The position numbers were made by a program, and so were the translations under genes. A model generated the notes under the pieces. It was not told where the DNA came from. It worked only from the letters and a program-made list of their open reading frames with translations, and ran no database searches. This document shows positions 47,613 to 61,732 of a stretch of DNA of 64,000 bases, one piece after another. The stretch is from the human T2T-CHM13v2.0 reference genome, Homo sapiens. The stretch lies in NCBI RefSeq assembly GCF_009914755.1, contig NC_060927.1. One strand, given 5' to 3'. Numbering within the stretch: position 1 is the stretch's first letter; each line of letters opens with the position of its first letter.

Positions 47613-50600
47613 GAGAATGATACTGTCTAGTTTTTATACGAAGATATTTCCTTTTGTACCATTGGACTCATACTGCTAGAATTTTCCACTTGCAAATTCC
47701 ACAAAAAGAGTGTTTCCAATCTGCTCTGTCTAAAGGAAGGTTCAACTCTGTGAGTTGAGTACACACACACAAAGAAGCTACTGAGAATTCTTTTGTCAAG
47801 AATTATAAGAAGAAATCCCGTTTCCAACCAAGGCCTCAAAGAGTTCCAAATATCCACTTGCACACTGCACAAACTAAGTCTTTCCATACTGCTCTATGCA
47901 AAGAAATGTTCAAATCTGTGAGTTTAATACACACATCACAAAGCAGTTTCTGAGAATGATACTGTCTAGTTTTTATACGAAGATATTTCCTTTTGTACCA
48001 TTGGCCTCATACTGCTAGAATTTTCCACTTGCAAATTCCACAAAAAGAGTGTTTCCAATCCGCTCTGTCTAAAGGAAGGTTCAACTCTCTGATTTGAATA
48101 CATACATCCCAAAAGAAGTTACTGAGAATTCTTCTGTCTAGCATTATATGAAGAAATCCCGTTTCCAACGAAAGCCTCAAAGAGGCCCAAATATCCAGTT
48201 GCAGCATTTACAAACTGACTGTTTCCAAACTCATCTATGAAAAGAAAGGTTAAACTCTGTGAGTTGAATGCACATATCACAAAGTAGTTCCTGAGAATGA
48301 TTCTGTCTAGTTTTTATACGAAGATATTTCCTTTTCCACCAATGGCCTCAAAGTGCTTGAAATCTCCCCTTGCAAATTCCACAGACAAGTGTCTCAAATC
48401 TGCACTGTCTAAAGGAAGGTTCAACCCTGTGAGTTGAATACACACACACAGAAAAAAATTCACTGAGAATTCTATTGTCTATCATTACACGAAGAAATCC
48501 CGTTTACTACGAAGGCCTCAAAGAGGTCCAAATATCCAGCTGCAGACATTACAAACTGAGTGTTTCCAAAGTGCTCTATGAAAAGAAGTGTTAAACACTG
48601 TGAGTTCAATGCACACATCCCAAAGCAGTTTCTGAGAATGATTCCGTCTATTTTTTCTACGAAGATATTTCCTTTTCTACCGTTGGCCTCAAAGCGCTTG
48701 AAATCTCCACTTGCAAATTCCACAAAAAGAGAGTTTCAAATCTGCTCTGTCTAAAGGAAGGTTCAACTCTGTGAGTTGAATACACACCACAAAAAGAAGT
48801 TACTGAGAATTCTTCTGTCTAGCATTATATGAAAAATCCCGTTTCCAACGAAGGCCACAAAGAGGTCCAAATATCCACTTGCAGATTCTGCAAAAAGAGT
48901 GTTTCCAAACTGCTCTATGAAAAGAAACGTTAAACTCTGTGAGTTGAACGCAAACATCACAAAGTAGTTTCTGAGAATGACTCCGTCTAGTTTTTATACG
49001 AAGATATTTCCTTTTCTACCATTCACTTCAAAGCGCTTGAAGTCTCCCCCTGAAAATTCCACAAAAAGTGTTTCCAATCTGCTCCGCCTAAAGGAAGCTT
49101 CAACTCTGTGAGTTGAATACCCACAACCCAAAGAAGTTACTGAGAATTCTTCTGTCTAGCATTATATGAAGAAATCCCGTTTCCAACGAAGGCCTCAAAT
49201 ACATCCAAATATCCAGTTGCTGACTTTACAAACTGAGTGTTTCCAAACTGCTCTATGAAAAGAAAGGTTAAACACTGTGAGTTGAACACACACGTACCAA
49301 AGTAGTTTCTGAGAATGATTCTGTCTAGTTTGCATACGAAGATATTTCCTTTTCTACCATTGGCCTCAAAGCTTTGAAATCTCCACTTGCAAATTCCACA
49401 AAAAGAGAGTTTCAACTCTGCTGTTTCTAAAGGAAAGTTCAACTCTGAGAGTTGAATACACACCAGAAAAAGCAGTTACTGAGAAGTCTTCTGTCTAGCA
49501 TTATATGAAGATATCCCATTTCCAACGAAGACTTCAAAGAGGTCCAAATATCCACTTGCAGATTCTGCAAAAAGAGTGTTTCGAAACAACTGTATGAAAA
49601 GAAAGGTTAAACACTGTGAGTTGAACGCACACATTGCAAAGCAGTTTCTGAGAATGATTCCGTCTAATTATTATACGAAGGTATTTCCTTTTCTATCATT
49701 GGCCTCAAAGCGCTTGATACCTCCACCTGAAAATTCCACAAAAAGAGTGTTTCCAATCTACTCTGTCTAAAGGAACGTTCAACTCTGTGAGTTGAATACA
49801 CACACACAGAAAGAATTCACTGAGAATTCTTCTGTCTGGCATTACATGAAGAAATCCCGTTTCCAACGCAGGCCTCAAAGAGGTCCAAATATCCACTTGC
49901 AGATTCTGCAAAAAGAGTGTTTCAAAACCGCTCCATTAAAAGGAATGTTGAACTCTGTGAGTTGAATGCAAACATCACAACTCAGTTTCTGAGAATGCTT
50001 CTGACTAGATTTTATGGTAAGATATTTCCTTTTCTACCGTAGGCTTCAATGCCCTGTAAATACACCCTTGCAAATTCTACAAAGAGACTGCTTCATAACT
50101 GCTCTATAGGAGGAAAGGTTCAACTCTGTGAGTTGAATGCAGAGATCACAACGTGGTTTCTGCGAATGATTCTTTGTAGTTTTTACATGAAGATATTTCG
50201 TTGTCTACCGTAGGCTTCAAAGCACTCAAAGTATTCACTTGGAACTTTTACAAAAAGAGTGTTAGAAAACTGCTCTTTCCAAAGTAAGGTTCAACTCTGT
50301 GAGTTGAATGCACACATAACAAACAAGAAGTTTCTGAGAATTCTTCTGTCCTGGTTTATATGAAGAAATCCCGTTTCCAACGAAGGCCTCAAAGACGTTT
50401 AAATATCCACTTGCAGACTTCACAAACAGAGTGTTTCCAAACTGCTCTATGAAAAGAAAGGGTAAACACTGTGAGTTGAACGCACACCTCACAAAGTAGT
50501 TTCTGAGAATGATACTGTCTAGTTTTTATACGAAGATATTTCCTTTTGTACCATTGGCCTCATACTGCTAGAATTTTCCACTTGCAAATTCCACAAAAAG

Positions 50601-53600
50601 AGTGTTTCCAATCTGCTCTGTCTAAAGGAAGGTTCAACTCTGTGAGTTGAGTACACACACACAAAGAAGCTACTGAGAATTCTTTTGTCAAGAATTATAA
50701 GAAGAAATCCCGTTTCCAACCAAGGCCTCAAAGAGTTCCAAATATCCACTTGCACACTGCACAAACTAAGTCTTTCCATACTGCTCTATGCAAAGAAATG
50801 TTCAACTCTGTGAGTTTAATACACACATCACAAAGCAGTTTCTGAGAATGATACTGTCTAGTTTTTATACGAAGATATTTCCTTTTGTACCATTGGCCTC
50901 ATACTGCTAGAATTTTCCACTTGCAAATTCCACAAAAAGAGTGTTTCCAATCCGCTCTGTCTAAAGGAAGGTTCAACTCTCTGATTTGAATACATACATC
51001 CCAAAAGAAGTTACTGAGAATTCTTCTGTCTAGCATTATGTGAAGAAATCCCGTTTCCAACGAAAGCCTCAAAGAGGCCCAAATATCCAGTTGCAGCATT
51101 TACAAACTGACTGTTTCCAAACTCATCTATGAAAAGAAAGGTTAAACTCTGTGAGTTGAATGCACATATCACAAAGTAGTTCCTGAGAATGATTCTGTCT
51201 AGTTTTTATACGAAGATATTTCCTTTTCCACCAATGGCCTCAAAGTGCTTGAAATCTCCCCTTGCAAATTCCACAGACAAGTGTCTCAAATCTGCACTGT
51301 CTAAAGGAAGGTTCAACCCTGTGAGTTGAATACACACACACAGAAAAAAATTCACTGAGAATTCTATTGTCTATCATTACACGAAGAAATCCCGTTTACT
51401 ACGAAGGCCTCAAAGAGGTCCAAATATCCAGCTGCAGACATTACAAACTGAGTGTTTCCAAAGTGCTCTATGAAAAGAAGTGTTAAACACTGTGAGTTCA
51501 ATGCACACATCCCAAAGCAGTTTCTGAGAATGATTCCGTCTATTTTTTCTACGAAGATATTTCCTTTTCTACCGTTGGCCTCAAAGCGCTTGAAATCTCC
51601 ACTTGCAAATTCCACAAAAAGAGAGTTTCAAATCTGCTCTGTCTAAAGGAAGGTTCAACTCTGTGAGTTGAATACACACCACAAAAAGAAGTTACTGAGA
51701 ATTCTTCTGTCTAGCATTATATGAAAAATCCCGTTTCCAACGAAGGCCACAAAGAGGTCCAAATATCCACTTGCAGATTCTGCAAAAAGAGTGTTTCCAA
51801 ACTGCTCTATGAAAAGAAACGTTAAACTCTGTGAGTTGAACGCAAACATCACAAAGTAGTTTCTGAGAATGACTCCGTCTAGTTTTTATACGAAGATATT
51901 TCCTTTTCTACCATTCACTTCAAAGCGCTTGAAGTCTCCCCCTGAAAATTCCACAAAAAGTGTTTCCAATCTGCTCCGCCTAAAGGAAGCTTCAACTCTG
52001 TGAGTTGAATACCCACAACCCAAAGAAGTTACTGAGAATTCTTCTGTCTAGCACTATATGAAGAAATCCCGTTTCCAACGAAGGCCTCAAATACATCCAA
52101 ATATCCAGTTGCTGACTTTACAAACTGAGTGTTTCCAAACTGCTCTATGAAAAGAAAGGTTAAACACTGTGAGTTGAACACACACGTACCAAAGTAGTTT
52201 CTGAGAATGATTCTGTCTAGTTTGCATACGAAGATATTTCCTTTTCTACCATTGGCCTCAAAGCTTTGAAATCTCCACTTGCAAATTCCACAAAAAGAGA
52301 GTTTCAACTCTGCTGTTTCTAAAGGAAAGTTCAACTCTGAGAGTTGAATACACACCAGAAAAAGCAGTTACTGAGAAGTCTTCTGTCTAGCATTATATGA
52401 AGATATCCCATTTCCAACGAAGACTTCAAAGAGGTCCAAATATCCACTTGCAGATTCTGCAAAAAGAGTGTTTCGAAACAGCTGTATGTAAAGAAAGGTT
52501 AAACACTGTGAGTTGAACGCACACATTGCAAAGCAGTTTCTGAGAATGATTCCGTCTAATTATTATACGAAGGTATTTCCTTTTCTATCATTGGCCTCAA
52601 AGCGCTTGATACCTCCACCTGAAAATTCCACAAAAAGAGTGTTTCCAATCTACTCTGTCTAAAGGAACGTTCAACTCTGTGAGTTGAATACACACACACA
52701 GAAAGAATTCACTGAGAATTCTTCTGTCTGGCATTACATGAAGAAATCCCGTTTCCAACGAAGGCCTCAAAGAGGTCCAAATATCCACTTGCAGATTCTG
52801 CAAAAAGAGTGTTTCAAAACCGCTCCATTAAAAGGAATGTTGAACTCTGTGAGTTGAATGCAAACATCACAACTCAGTTTCTGAGAATGCTTCTGACTAG
52901 ATTTTATGGTAAGATATTTCCTTTTCTACCGTAGGCTTCAATACCCTCTAAATACACCCTTGCAAATTCTACAAAGAGACTGCTTCATAACTGCTCTATA
53001 GGAGGAAAGGTTCAACTCTGTGAGTTGAATGCAGAGATCACAACGTGGTTTCTGCGAATGATTCTTTGTAGTTTTTACATGAAGATATTTCGTTGTCTAC
53101 CGTAGGCTTCAAAGCACTCAAAGTATTCACTTGGAACTTTTACAAAAAGAGTGTTAGAAAACTGCTCTTTCCAAAGTAAGGTTCAACTCTGTGAGTTGAA
53201 TGCACACATAACAAACAAGAAGTTTCTGAGAATTCTTCTGTCCTGGTTTATATGAAGAAATCCCGTTTCCAACGAAGGCCTCAAAGACGTTTAAATATCC
53301 ACTTGCAGACTTCACAAACAGAGTGTTTCCAAACTGCTCTATGAAAAGAAAGGGTAAACACTGTGAGTTGAACGCACACATCACAAAGTAGTTTCTGAGA
53401 ATGATACTGTCTAGTTTTTATACGAAGATATTTCCTTTTGTACCACTGGCCTCATACTGCTAGAATTTTCCACTTGCAAATTCCACAAAAAGAGTGTTTC
53501 CAATCTGCTCTGTCTAAAGGAAGGTTCAACTCTGTGAGTTGAGTACACACACACAAAGAAGCTACTGAGAATTCTTTTGTCAAGAATTATAAGAAGAAAT

Positions 53601-56600
53601 CCCGTTTCCAACCAAGGCCTCAAAGAGTTCCAAATATCCACTTGCACACTGCACAAACTAAGTCTTTCCATACTGCTCTATGCAAAGAAATGTTCAACTC
53701 TGTGAGTTTAATACACACATCACAAAGCAGTTTCTGAGAATGATACTGTCTAGTTTTTATACGAAGATATTTCCTTTTGTACCATTGGCCTCATACTGCT
53801 AGAATTTTCCACTTGCAAATTCCACAAAAAGAGTGTTTCCAATCCGCTCTGTCTAAAGGAAGGTTCAACTCTCTGATTTGAATACATACATCCCAAAAGA
53901 AGTTACTGAGAATTCTTCTGTCTAGCATTATGTGAAGAAATCCCGTTTCCAACGAAAGCCTCAAAGAGGCCCAAATATCCAGTTGCAGCATTTACAAACT
54001 GACTGTTTCCAAACTCATCTATGAAAAGAAAGGTTAAACTCTGTGAGTTGAATGCACATATCACAAAGTAGTTCCTGAGAATGATTCTGTCTAGTTTTTA
54101 TACGAAGATATTTCCTTTTCCACCAATGGCCTCAAAGTGCTTGAAATCTCCCCTTGCAAATTCCACAGACAAGTGTCTCAAATCTGCACTGTCTAAAGGA
54201 AGGTTCAACCCTGTGAGTTGAATACACACACACAGAAAAAAATTCACTGAGAATTCTATTGTCTATCATTACACGAAGAAATCCCGTTTACTACGAAGGC
54301 CTCAAAGAGGTCCAAATATCCAGCTGCAGACATTACAAACTGAGTGTTTCCAAAGTGCTCTATGAAAAGAAGTGTTAAACACTGTGAGTTCAATGCACAC
54401 ATCCCAAAGCAGTTTCTGAGAATGATTCCGTCTATTTTTTCTACGAAGATATTTCCTTTTCTACCGTTGGCCTCAAAGCGCTTGAAATCTCCACTTGCAA
54501 ATTCCACAAAAAGAGAGTTTCAAATCTGCTCTGTCTAAAGGAAGGTTCAACTCTGTGAGTTGAATACACACCACAAAAAGAAGTTACTGAGAATTCTTCT
54601 GTCTAGCATTATATGAAAAATCCCGTTTCCAACGAAGGCCACAAAGAGGTCCAAATATCCACTTGCAGATTCTGCAAAAAGAGTGTTTCCAAACTGCTCT
54701 ATGAAAAGAAACGTTAAACTCTGTGAGTTGAACGCAAACATCACAAAGTAGTTTCTGAGAATGACTCCGTCTAGTTTTTATACGAAGATATTTCCTTTTC
54801 TACCATTCACTTCAAAGCGCTTGAAGTCTCCCCCTGAAAATTCCACAAAAAGTGTTTCAATCTGCTCCGCCTAAAGGAAGCTTCAACTCTGTGAGTTGAA
54901 TACCCACAACCCAAAGAAGTTACTGAGAATTCTTCTGTCTAGCACTATATGAAGAAATCCCGTTTCCAACGAAGGCCTCAAATACATCCAAATATCCAGT
55001 TGCTGACTTTACAAACTGAGTGTTTCCAAACTGCTCTATGAAAAGAAAGGTTAAACACTGTGAGTTGAACACACACGTACCAAAGTAGTTTCTGAGAATG
55101 ATTCTGTCTAGTTTGCATACGAAGATATTTCCTTTTCTACCATTGGCCTCAAAGCTTTGAAATCTCCACTTGCAAATTCCACAAAAAGAGAGTTTCAACT
55201 CTGCTGTTTCTAAAGGAAAGTTCAACTCTGAGAGTTGAATACACACCAGAAAAAGCAGTTACTGAGAAGTCTTCTGTCTAGCATTATATGAAGAAATCCC
55301 ATTTCCAACGAAGACTTCAAAGAGGTCCAAATATCCACTTGCAGATTCTGCAAAAAGAGTGTTTCGAAACAACTGTATGAAAAGAAAGGTTAAACACTGT
55401 GAGTTGAACGCACACATTGCAAAGCAGTTTCTGAGAATGATTCCGTCTAATTATTATACGAAGGTATTTCCTTTTCTATCATTGGCCTCAAAGCGCTTGA
55501 TACCTCCACCTGAAAATTCCACAAAAAGAGTGTTTCCAATCTACTCTGTCTAAAGGAACGTTCAACTCTGTGAGTTGAATACACACACACAGAAAGAATT
55601 CACTGAGAATTCTTCTGTCTGGCATTACATGAAGAAATCCCGTTTCCAACGAAGGCCTCAAAGAGGTCCAAATATCCACTTGCAGATTCTGCAAAAAGAG
55701 TGTTTCAAAACCGCTCCATTAAAAGGAATGTTGAACTCTGTGAGTTGAATGCAAACATCACAACTCAGTTTCTGAGAATGCTTCTGACTAGATTTTATGG
55801 TAAGATATTTCCTTTTCTACCGTAGGCTTCAATGCCCTGTAAATACACCCTTGCAAATTCTACAAAGAGACTGTTTCATAACTGCTCTACAGGAGGAAAG
55901 GTTCAACTCTGTGAGTTGAATGCAGAGATCACAACGTGGTTTCTGCGAATGATTCTTTGTAGTTTTTACATGAAGATATTTCGTTGTCTACCGTAGGCTT
56001 CAAAGCACTCAAAGTATTCACTTGGAACTTTTACAAAAAGAGTGTTAGAAAACTGCTCTTTCCAAAGTAAGGTTCAACTCTGTGAGTTGAATGCACACAT
56101 AACAAACAAGAAGTTTCTGAGAATTCTTCTGTCCTGGTTTATATGAAGAAATCCCGTTTCCAACGAAGGCCTCAAAGACGTTTAAATATCCACTTGCACA
56201 CTTCACAAACAGAGTGTTTCCAAACTGCTCTATGAAAAGAAAGGGTAAACACTGTGAGTTGAACGCACACATCACAAAGTAGTTTCTGAGAATGATACTG
56301 TCTAGTTTTTATACGAAGATATTTCCTTTTGTACCACTGGCCTCATACTGCTAGAATTTTCCACTTGCAAATTCCACAAAAAGAGTGTTTCCAATCTGCT
56401 CTGTCTAAAGGAAGGTTCAACTCTGTGAGTTGAGTACACACACACAAAGAAGCTACTGAGAATTCTTTTGTCAAGAATTATAAGAAGAAATCCCCTTTCC
56501 AACCAAGGCCTCAAAGAGTTCCAAATATCCACTTGCACACTGCACAAACTAAGTCTTTCCATACTGCTCTATGCAAAGAAATGTTCAACTCTGTGAGTTT

Positions 56601-59179
56601 AATACACACATCACAAAGCAGTTTCTGAGAATGATACTGTCTAGTTTTTATACGAAGATATTTCCTTTTGTACCATTGGCCTCATACTGCTAGAATTTTC
56701 CACTTGCAAATTCCACAAAAAGAGTGTTTCCAATCCGCTCTGTCTAAAGGAAGGTTCAACTCTCTGATTTGAATACATACATCCCAAAAGAAGTTACTGA
56801 GAATTCTTCTGTCTAGCATTATGTGAAGAAATCCCGTTTCCAACGAAAGCCTCAAAGAGGCCCAAATATCCAGTTGCAGCATTTACAAACTGACTGTTTC
56901 CAAACTCATCTATGAAAAGAAAGGTTAAACTCTGTGAGTTGAATGCGCATATCACAAAGTAGTTCCTGAGAATGATTCTGTCTAGTTTTTATACGAAGAT
57001 ATTTCCTTTTCCACCAATGGCCTCAAAGTGCTTGAAATCTCCCCTTGCAAATTCCACAGACAAGTGTCTCAAATCTGCACTGTCTAAAGGAAGGTTCAAC
57101 CCTGTGTGTTGAATACACACACACAGAAAAAAATTCACTGAGAATTCTATTGTCTATCATTACACGAAGAAATCCCGTTTACTACGAAGGCCTCAAAGAG
57201 GTCCAAATATCCAGCTGCAGACATTACAAACTGAGTGTTTCCAAAGTGCTCTATGAAAAGAAGTGTTAAACACTGTGAGTTCAATGCACACATCCCAAAG
57301 CAGTTTCTGAGAATGATTCCGTCTATTTTTTCTACGAAGATATTTCCTTTTCTACCGTTGGCCTCAAAGCGCTTGAAATCTCCACTTGCAAATTCCACAA
57401 AAAGAGAGTTTCAAATCTGCTCTGTCTAAAGGAAGGTTCAACTCTGTGAGTTGAATACACACCACAAAAAGAAGTTACTGAGAATTCTTCTGTCTAGCAT
57501 TATATGAAAAATCCCGTTTCCAACGAAGGCCACAAAGAGGTCCAAATATCCACTTGCAGATTCTGCAAAAAGAGTGTTTCCAAACTGCTCTATGAAAAGA
57601 AACGTTAAACTCTGTGAGTTGAACGCAAACATCACAAAGTAGTTTCTGAGAATGACTCCGTCTAGTTTTTATACGAAGATATTTCCTTTTCTACCATTCA
57701 CTTCAAAGCGCTTGAAGTCTCCCCCTGAAAATTCCACAAAAAGTGTTTCCAATCTGCTCCGCCTAAAGGAAGCTTCAACTCTGTGAGTTGAATACCCACA
57801 ACCCAAAGAAGTTACTGAGAATTCTTCTGTCTAGCACTATATGAAGAAATCCCGTTTCCAACGAAGGCCTCAAATACATCCAAATATCCAGTTGCTGACT
57901 TTACAAACTGAGTGTTTCCAAACTGCTCTATGAAAAGAAAGGTTAAACACTGTGAGTTGAACACACACGTACCAAAGTAGTTTCTGAGAATGATTCTGTC
58001 TAGTTTGCATACGAAGATATTTCCTTTTCTACCATTGGCCTCAAAGCTTTGAAATCTCCACTTGCAAATTCCACAAAAAGAGAGTTTCAACTCTGCTGTT
58101 TCTAAAGGAAAGTTCAACTCTGAGAGTTGAATACACACCAGAAAAAGCAGTTACTGAGAAGTCTTCTGTCTAGCATTATATGAAGAAATCCCATTTCCAA
58201 CGAAGACTTCAAAGAGGTCCAAATATCCACTTGCAGATTCTGCAAAAAGAGTGTTTCGAAACAACTGTATGAAAAGAAAGGTTAAACACTGTGAGTTGAA
58301 CGCACACATTGCAAAGCAGTTTCTGAGAATGATTCCGTCTAATTATTATACGAAGGTATTTCCTTTTCTATCATTGGCCTCAAAGCGCTTGATACCTCCA
58401 CCTGAAAATTCCACAAAAAGAGTGTTTCCAATCTACTCTGTCTAAAGGAACGTTCAACTCTGTGAGTTGAATACACACACACAGAAAGAATTCACTGAGA
58501 ATTCTTCTGTCTGGCATTACATGAAGAAATCCCGTTTCCAACGAAGGCCTCAAAGAGGTCCAAATATCCACTTGCAGATTCTGCAAAAAGAGTGTTTCAA
58601 AACCGCTCCATTAAAAGGAATGTTGAACTCTGTGAGTTGAATGCAAACATCACAACTCAGTTTCTGAGAATGCTTCTGACTAGATTTTATGGTAAGATAT
58701 TTCCTTTTCTACCGTAGGCTTCAATGCCCTGTAAATACACCCTTGCAAATTCTACAAAGAGACTGCTTCATAACTGCTCTATAGGAGGAAAGGTTCAACT
58801 CTGTGAGTTGAATGCAGAGATCACAACGTGGTTTCTGCGAATGATTCTTTGTAGTTTTTACATGAAGATATTTCGTTGTCTACCGTAGGCTTCAAAGCAC
58901 TCAAAGTATTCACTTGGAACTTTCACAAAAAGAGTGTTAGAAAACTGCTCTTTCCAAAGTAAGGTTCAACTCTGTGAGTTGAATGCACACATAACAAACA
59001 AGAAGTTTCTGAGAATTCTTCTGTCCTGGTTTATATGAAGAAATCCCGTTTCCAACGAAGGCCTCAAAGACGTTTAAATATCCACTTGCAGACTTCACAA
59101 ACAGAGTGTTTCCAAACTGCTCTATGAAAAGAAAGGGTAAACACTGTGAGTTGAACGCACACCTCACAAAGTAGTTTCT

Positions 59180-61732
59180 GAGAATGATACTGTCTAGTTT
59201 TTATACGAAGATATTTCCTTTTGTACCATTGGCCTCATACTGCTAGAATTTTCCACTTGCAAATTCCACAAAAAGAGTGTTTCCAATCCGCTCTGTCTAA
59301 AGGAAGGTTCAACTCTCTGATTTGAATACATACATCCCAAAAGAAGTTACTGAGAATTCTTCTGTCTAGCATTATGTGAAGAAATCCCGTTTCCAACGAA
59401 AGCCTCAAAGAGGCCCAAATATCCAGTTGCAGCATTTACAAACTGACTGTTTCCAAACTCATCTATGAAAAGAAAGGTTAAACTCTGTGAGTTGAATGCA
59501 CATATCACAAAGTAGTTCCTGAGAATGATTCTGTCTAGTTTTTATACGAAGATATTTCCTTTTCCACCAATGGCCTCAAAGTGCTTGAAATCTCCCCTTG
59601 CAAATTAAACAGACAAGTGTCTCAAATCTGCACTGTCTAAAGGAAGGTTCAACCCTGTGAGTTGAATACACACACACAGAAAAAAATTCACTGAGAATTC
59701 TATTGTCTATCATTACACGAAGAAATCCCGTTTACTACGAAGGCCTCAAAGAGGTCCAAATATCCAGCTGCAGACATTACAAACTGAGTGTTTCCAAAGT
59801 GCTCTATGAAAAGAAGTGTTAAACACTGTGAGTTCAATGCACACATCCCAAAGCAGTTTCTGAGAATGATTCCGTCTATTTTTTCTACGAAGATATTTCC
59901 TTTTCTACCGTTGGCCTCAAAGCGCTTGAAATCTCCACTTGCAAATTCCACAAAAAGAGAGTTTCAAATCTGCTCTGTCTAAAGGAAGGTTCAACTCTGT
60001 GAGTTGAATACACACCACAAAAAGAAGTTACTGAGAATTCTTCTGTCTAGCATTATATGAAAAATCCCGTTTCCAACGAAGGCCACAAAGAGGTCCAAAT
60101 ATCCACTTGCAGATTCTGCAAAAAGAGTGTTTCCAAACTGCTCTATGAAAAGAAACGTTAAACTCTGTGAGTTGAACGCAAACATCACAAAGTAGTTTCT
60201 GAGAATGACTCCGTCTAGTTTTTATACGAAGATATTTCCTTTTCTACCATTCACTTCAAAGCGCTTGAAGTCTCCCCCTGAAAATTCCACAAAAAGTGTT
60301 TCCAATCTGCTCCGCCTAAAGGAAGCTTCAACTCTGTGAGTTGAATACCCACAACCCAAAGAAGTTACTGAGAATTCTTCTGTCTAGCACTATATGAAGA
60401 AATCCCGTTTCCAACGAAGGCCTCAAATACATCCAAATATCCAGTTGCTGACTTTACAAACTGAGTGTTTCCAAACTGCTCTATGAAAAGAAAGGTTAAA
60501 CACTGTGAGTTGAACACACACGTACCAAAGTAGTTTCTGAGAATGATTCTGTCTAGTTTGCATACGAAGATATTTCCTTTTCTACCATTGGCCTCAAAGC
60601 TTTGAAATCTCCACTTGCAAATTCCACAAAAAGAGAGTTTCAACTCTGCTGTTTCTAAAGGAAAGTTCAACTCTGAGAGTTGAATACACACCAGAAAAAG
60701 CAGTTACTGAGAAGTCTTCTGTCTAGCATTATATGAAGAAATCCCATTTCCAACGAAGACTTCAAAGAGGTCCAAATATCCACTTGCAGATTCTGCAAAA
60801 AGAGTGTTTCGAAACAACTGTATGAAAAGAAAGGTTAAACACTGTGAGTTGAACGCACACATTGCAAAGCAGTTTCTGAGAATGATTCCGTCTAATTATT
60901 ATACGAAGGTATTTCCTTTTCTATCATTGGCCTCAAAGCGCTTGATACCTCCACCTGAAAATTCCACAAAAAGAGTGTTTCCAATCTACTCTGTCTAAAG
61001 GAACGTTCAACTCTGTGAGTTGAATACACACACACAGAAAGAATTCACTGAGAATTCTTCTGTCTGGCATTACATGAAGAAATCCCGTTTCCAACGAAGG
61101 CCTCAAAGAGGTCCAAATATCCACTTGCAGATTCTGCAAAAAGAGTGTTTCAAAACCGCTCCATTAAAAGGAATGTTGAACTCTGTGAGTTGAATGCAAA
61201 CATCACAACTCAGTTTCTGAGAATGCTTCTGACTAGATTTTATGGTAAGATATTTCCTTTTCTACCGTAGGCTTCAATGCCCTGTAAATACACCCTTGCA
61301 AATTCTACAAAGAGACTGTTTCATAACTGCTCTATAGGAGGAAAGGTTCAACTCTGTGAGTTGAATGCAGAGATCACAACGTGGTTTCTGCGAATGATTC
61401 TTTGTAGTTTTTACATGAAGATATTTCGTTGTCTACCGTAGGCTTCAAAGCACTCAAAGTATTCACTTGGAACTTTTACAAAAAGAGTGTTAGAAAACTG
61501 CTCTTTCCAAAGTAAGGTTCAACTCTGTGAGTTGAATGCACACATAACAAACAAGAAGTTTCTGAGAATTCTTCTGTCCTGGTTTATATGAAGAAATCCC
61601 GTTTCCAACGAAGGCCTCAAAGACGTTTAAATATCCACTTGCAGACTTCACAAACAGAGTGTTTCCAAACTGCTCTATGAAAAGAAAGGGTAAACACTGT
61701 GAGTTGAACGCACACCTCACAAAGTAGTTTCT
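59180..61732 (-). repeat. 15-mer HOR variant (duplicate of 39616-42168)
   Basis: 2553 bp. It shares the private TTAAACAGAC allele with the 39616 unit at +19564. Confidence 0.92.
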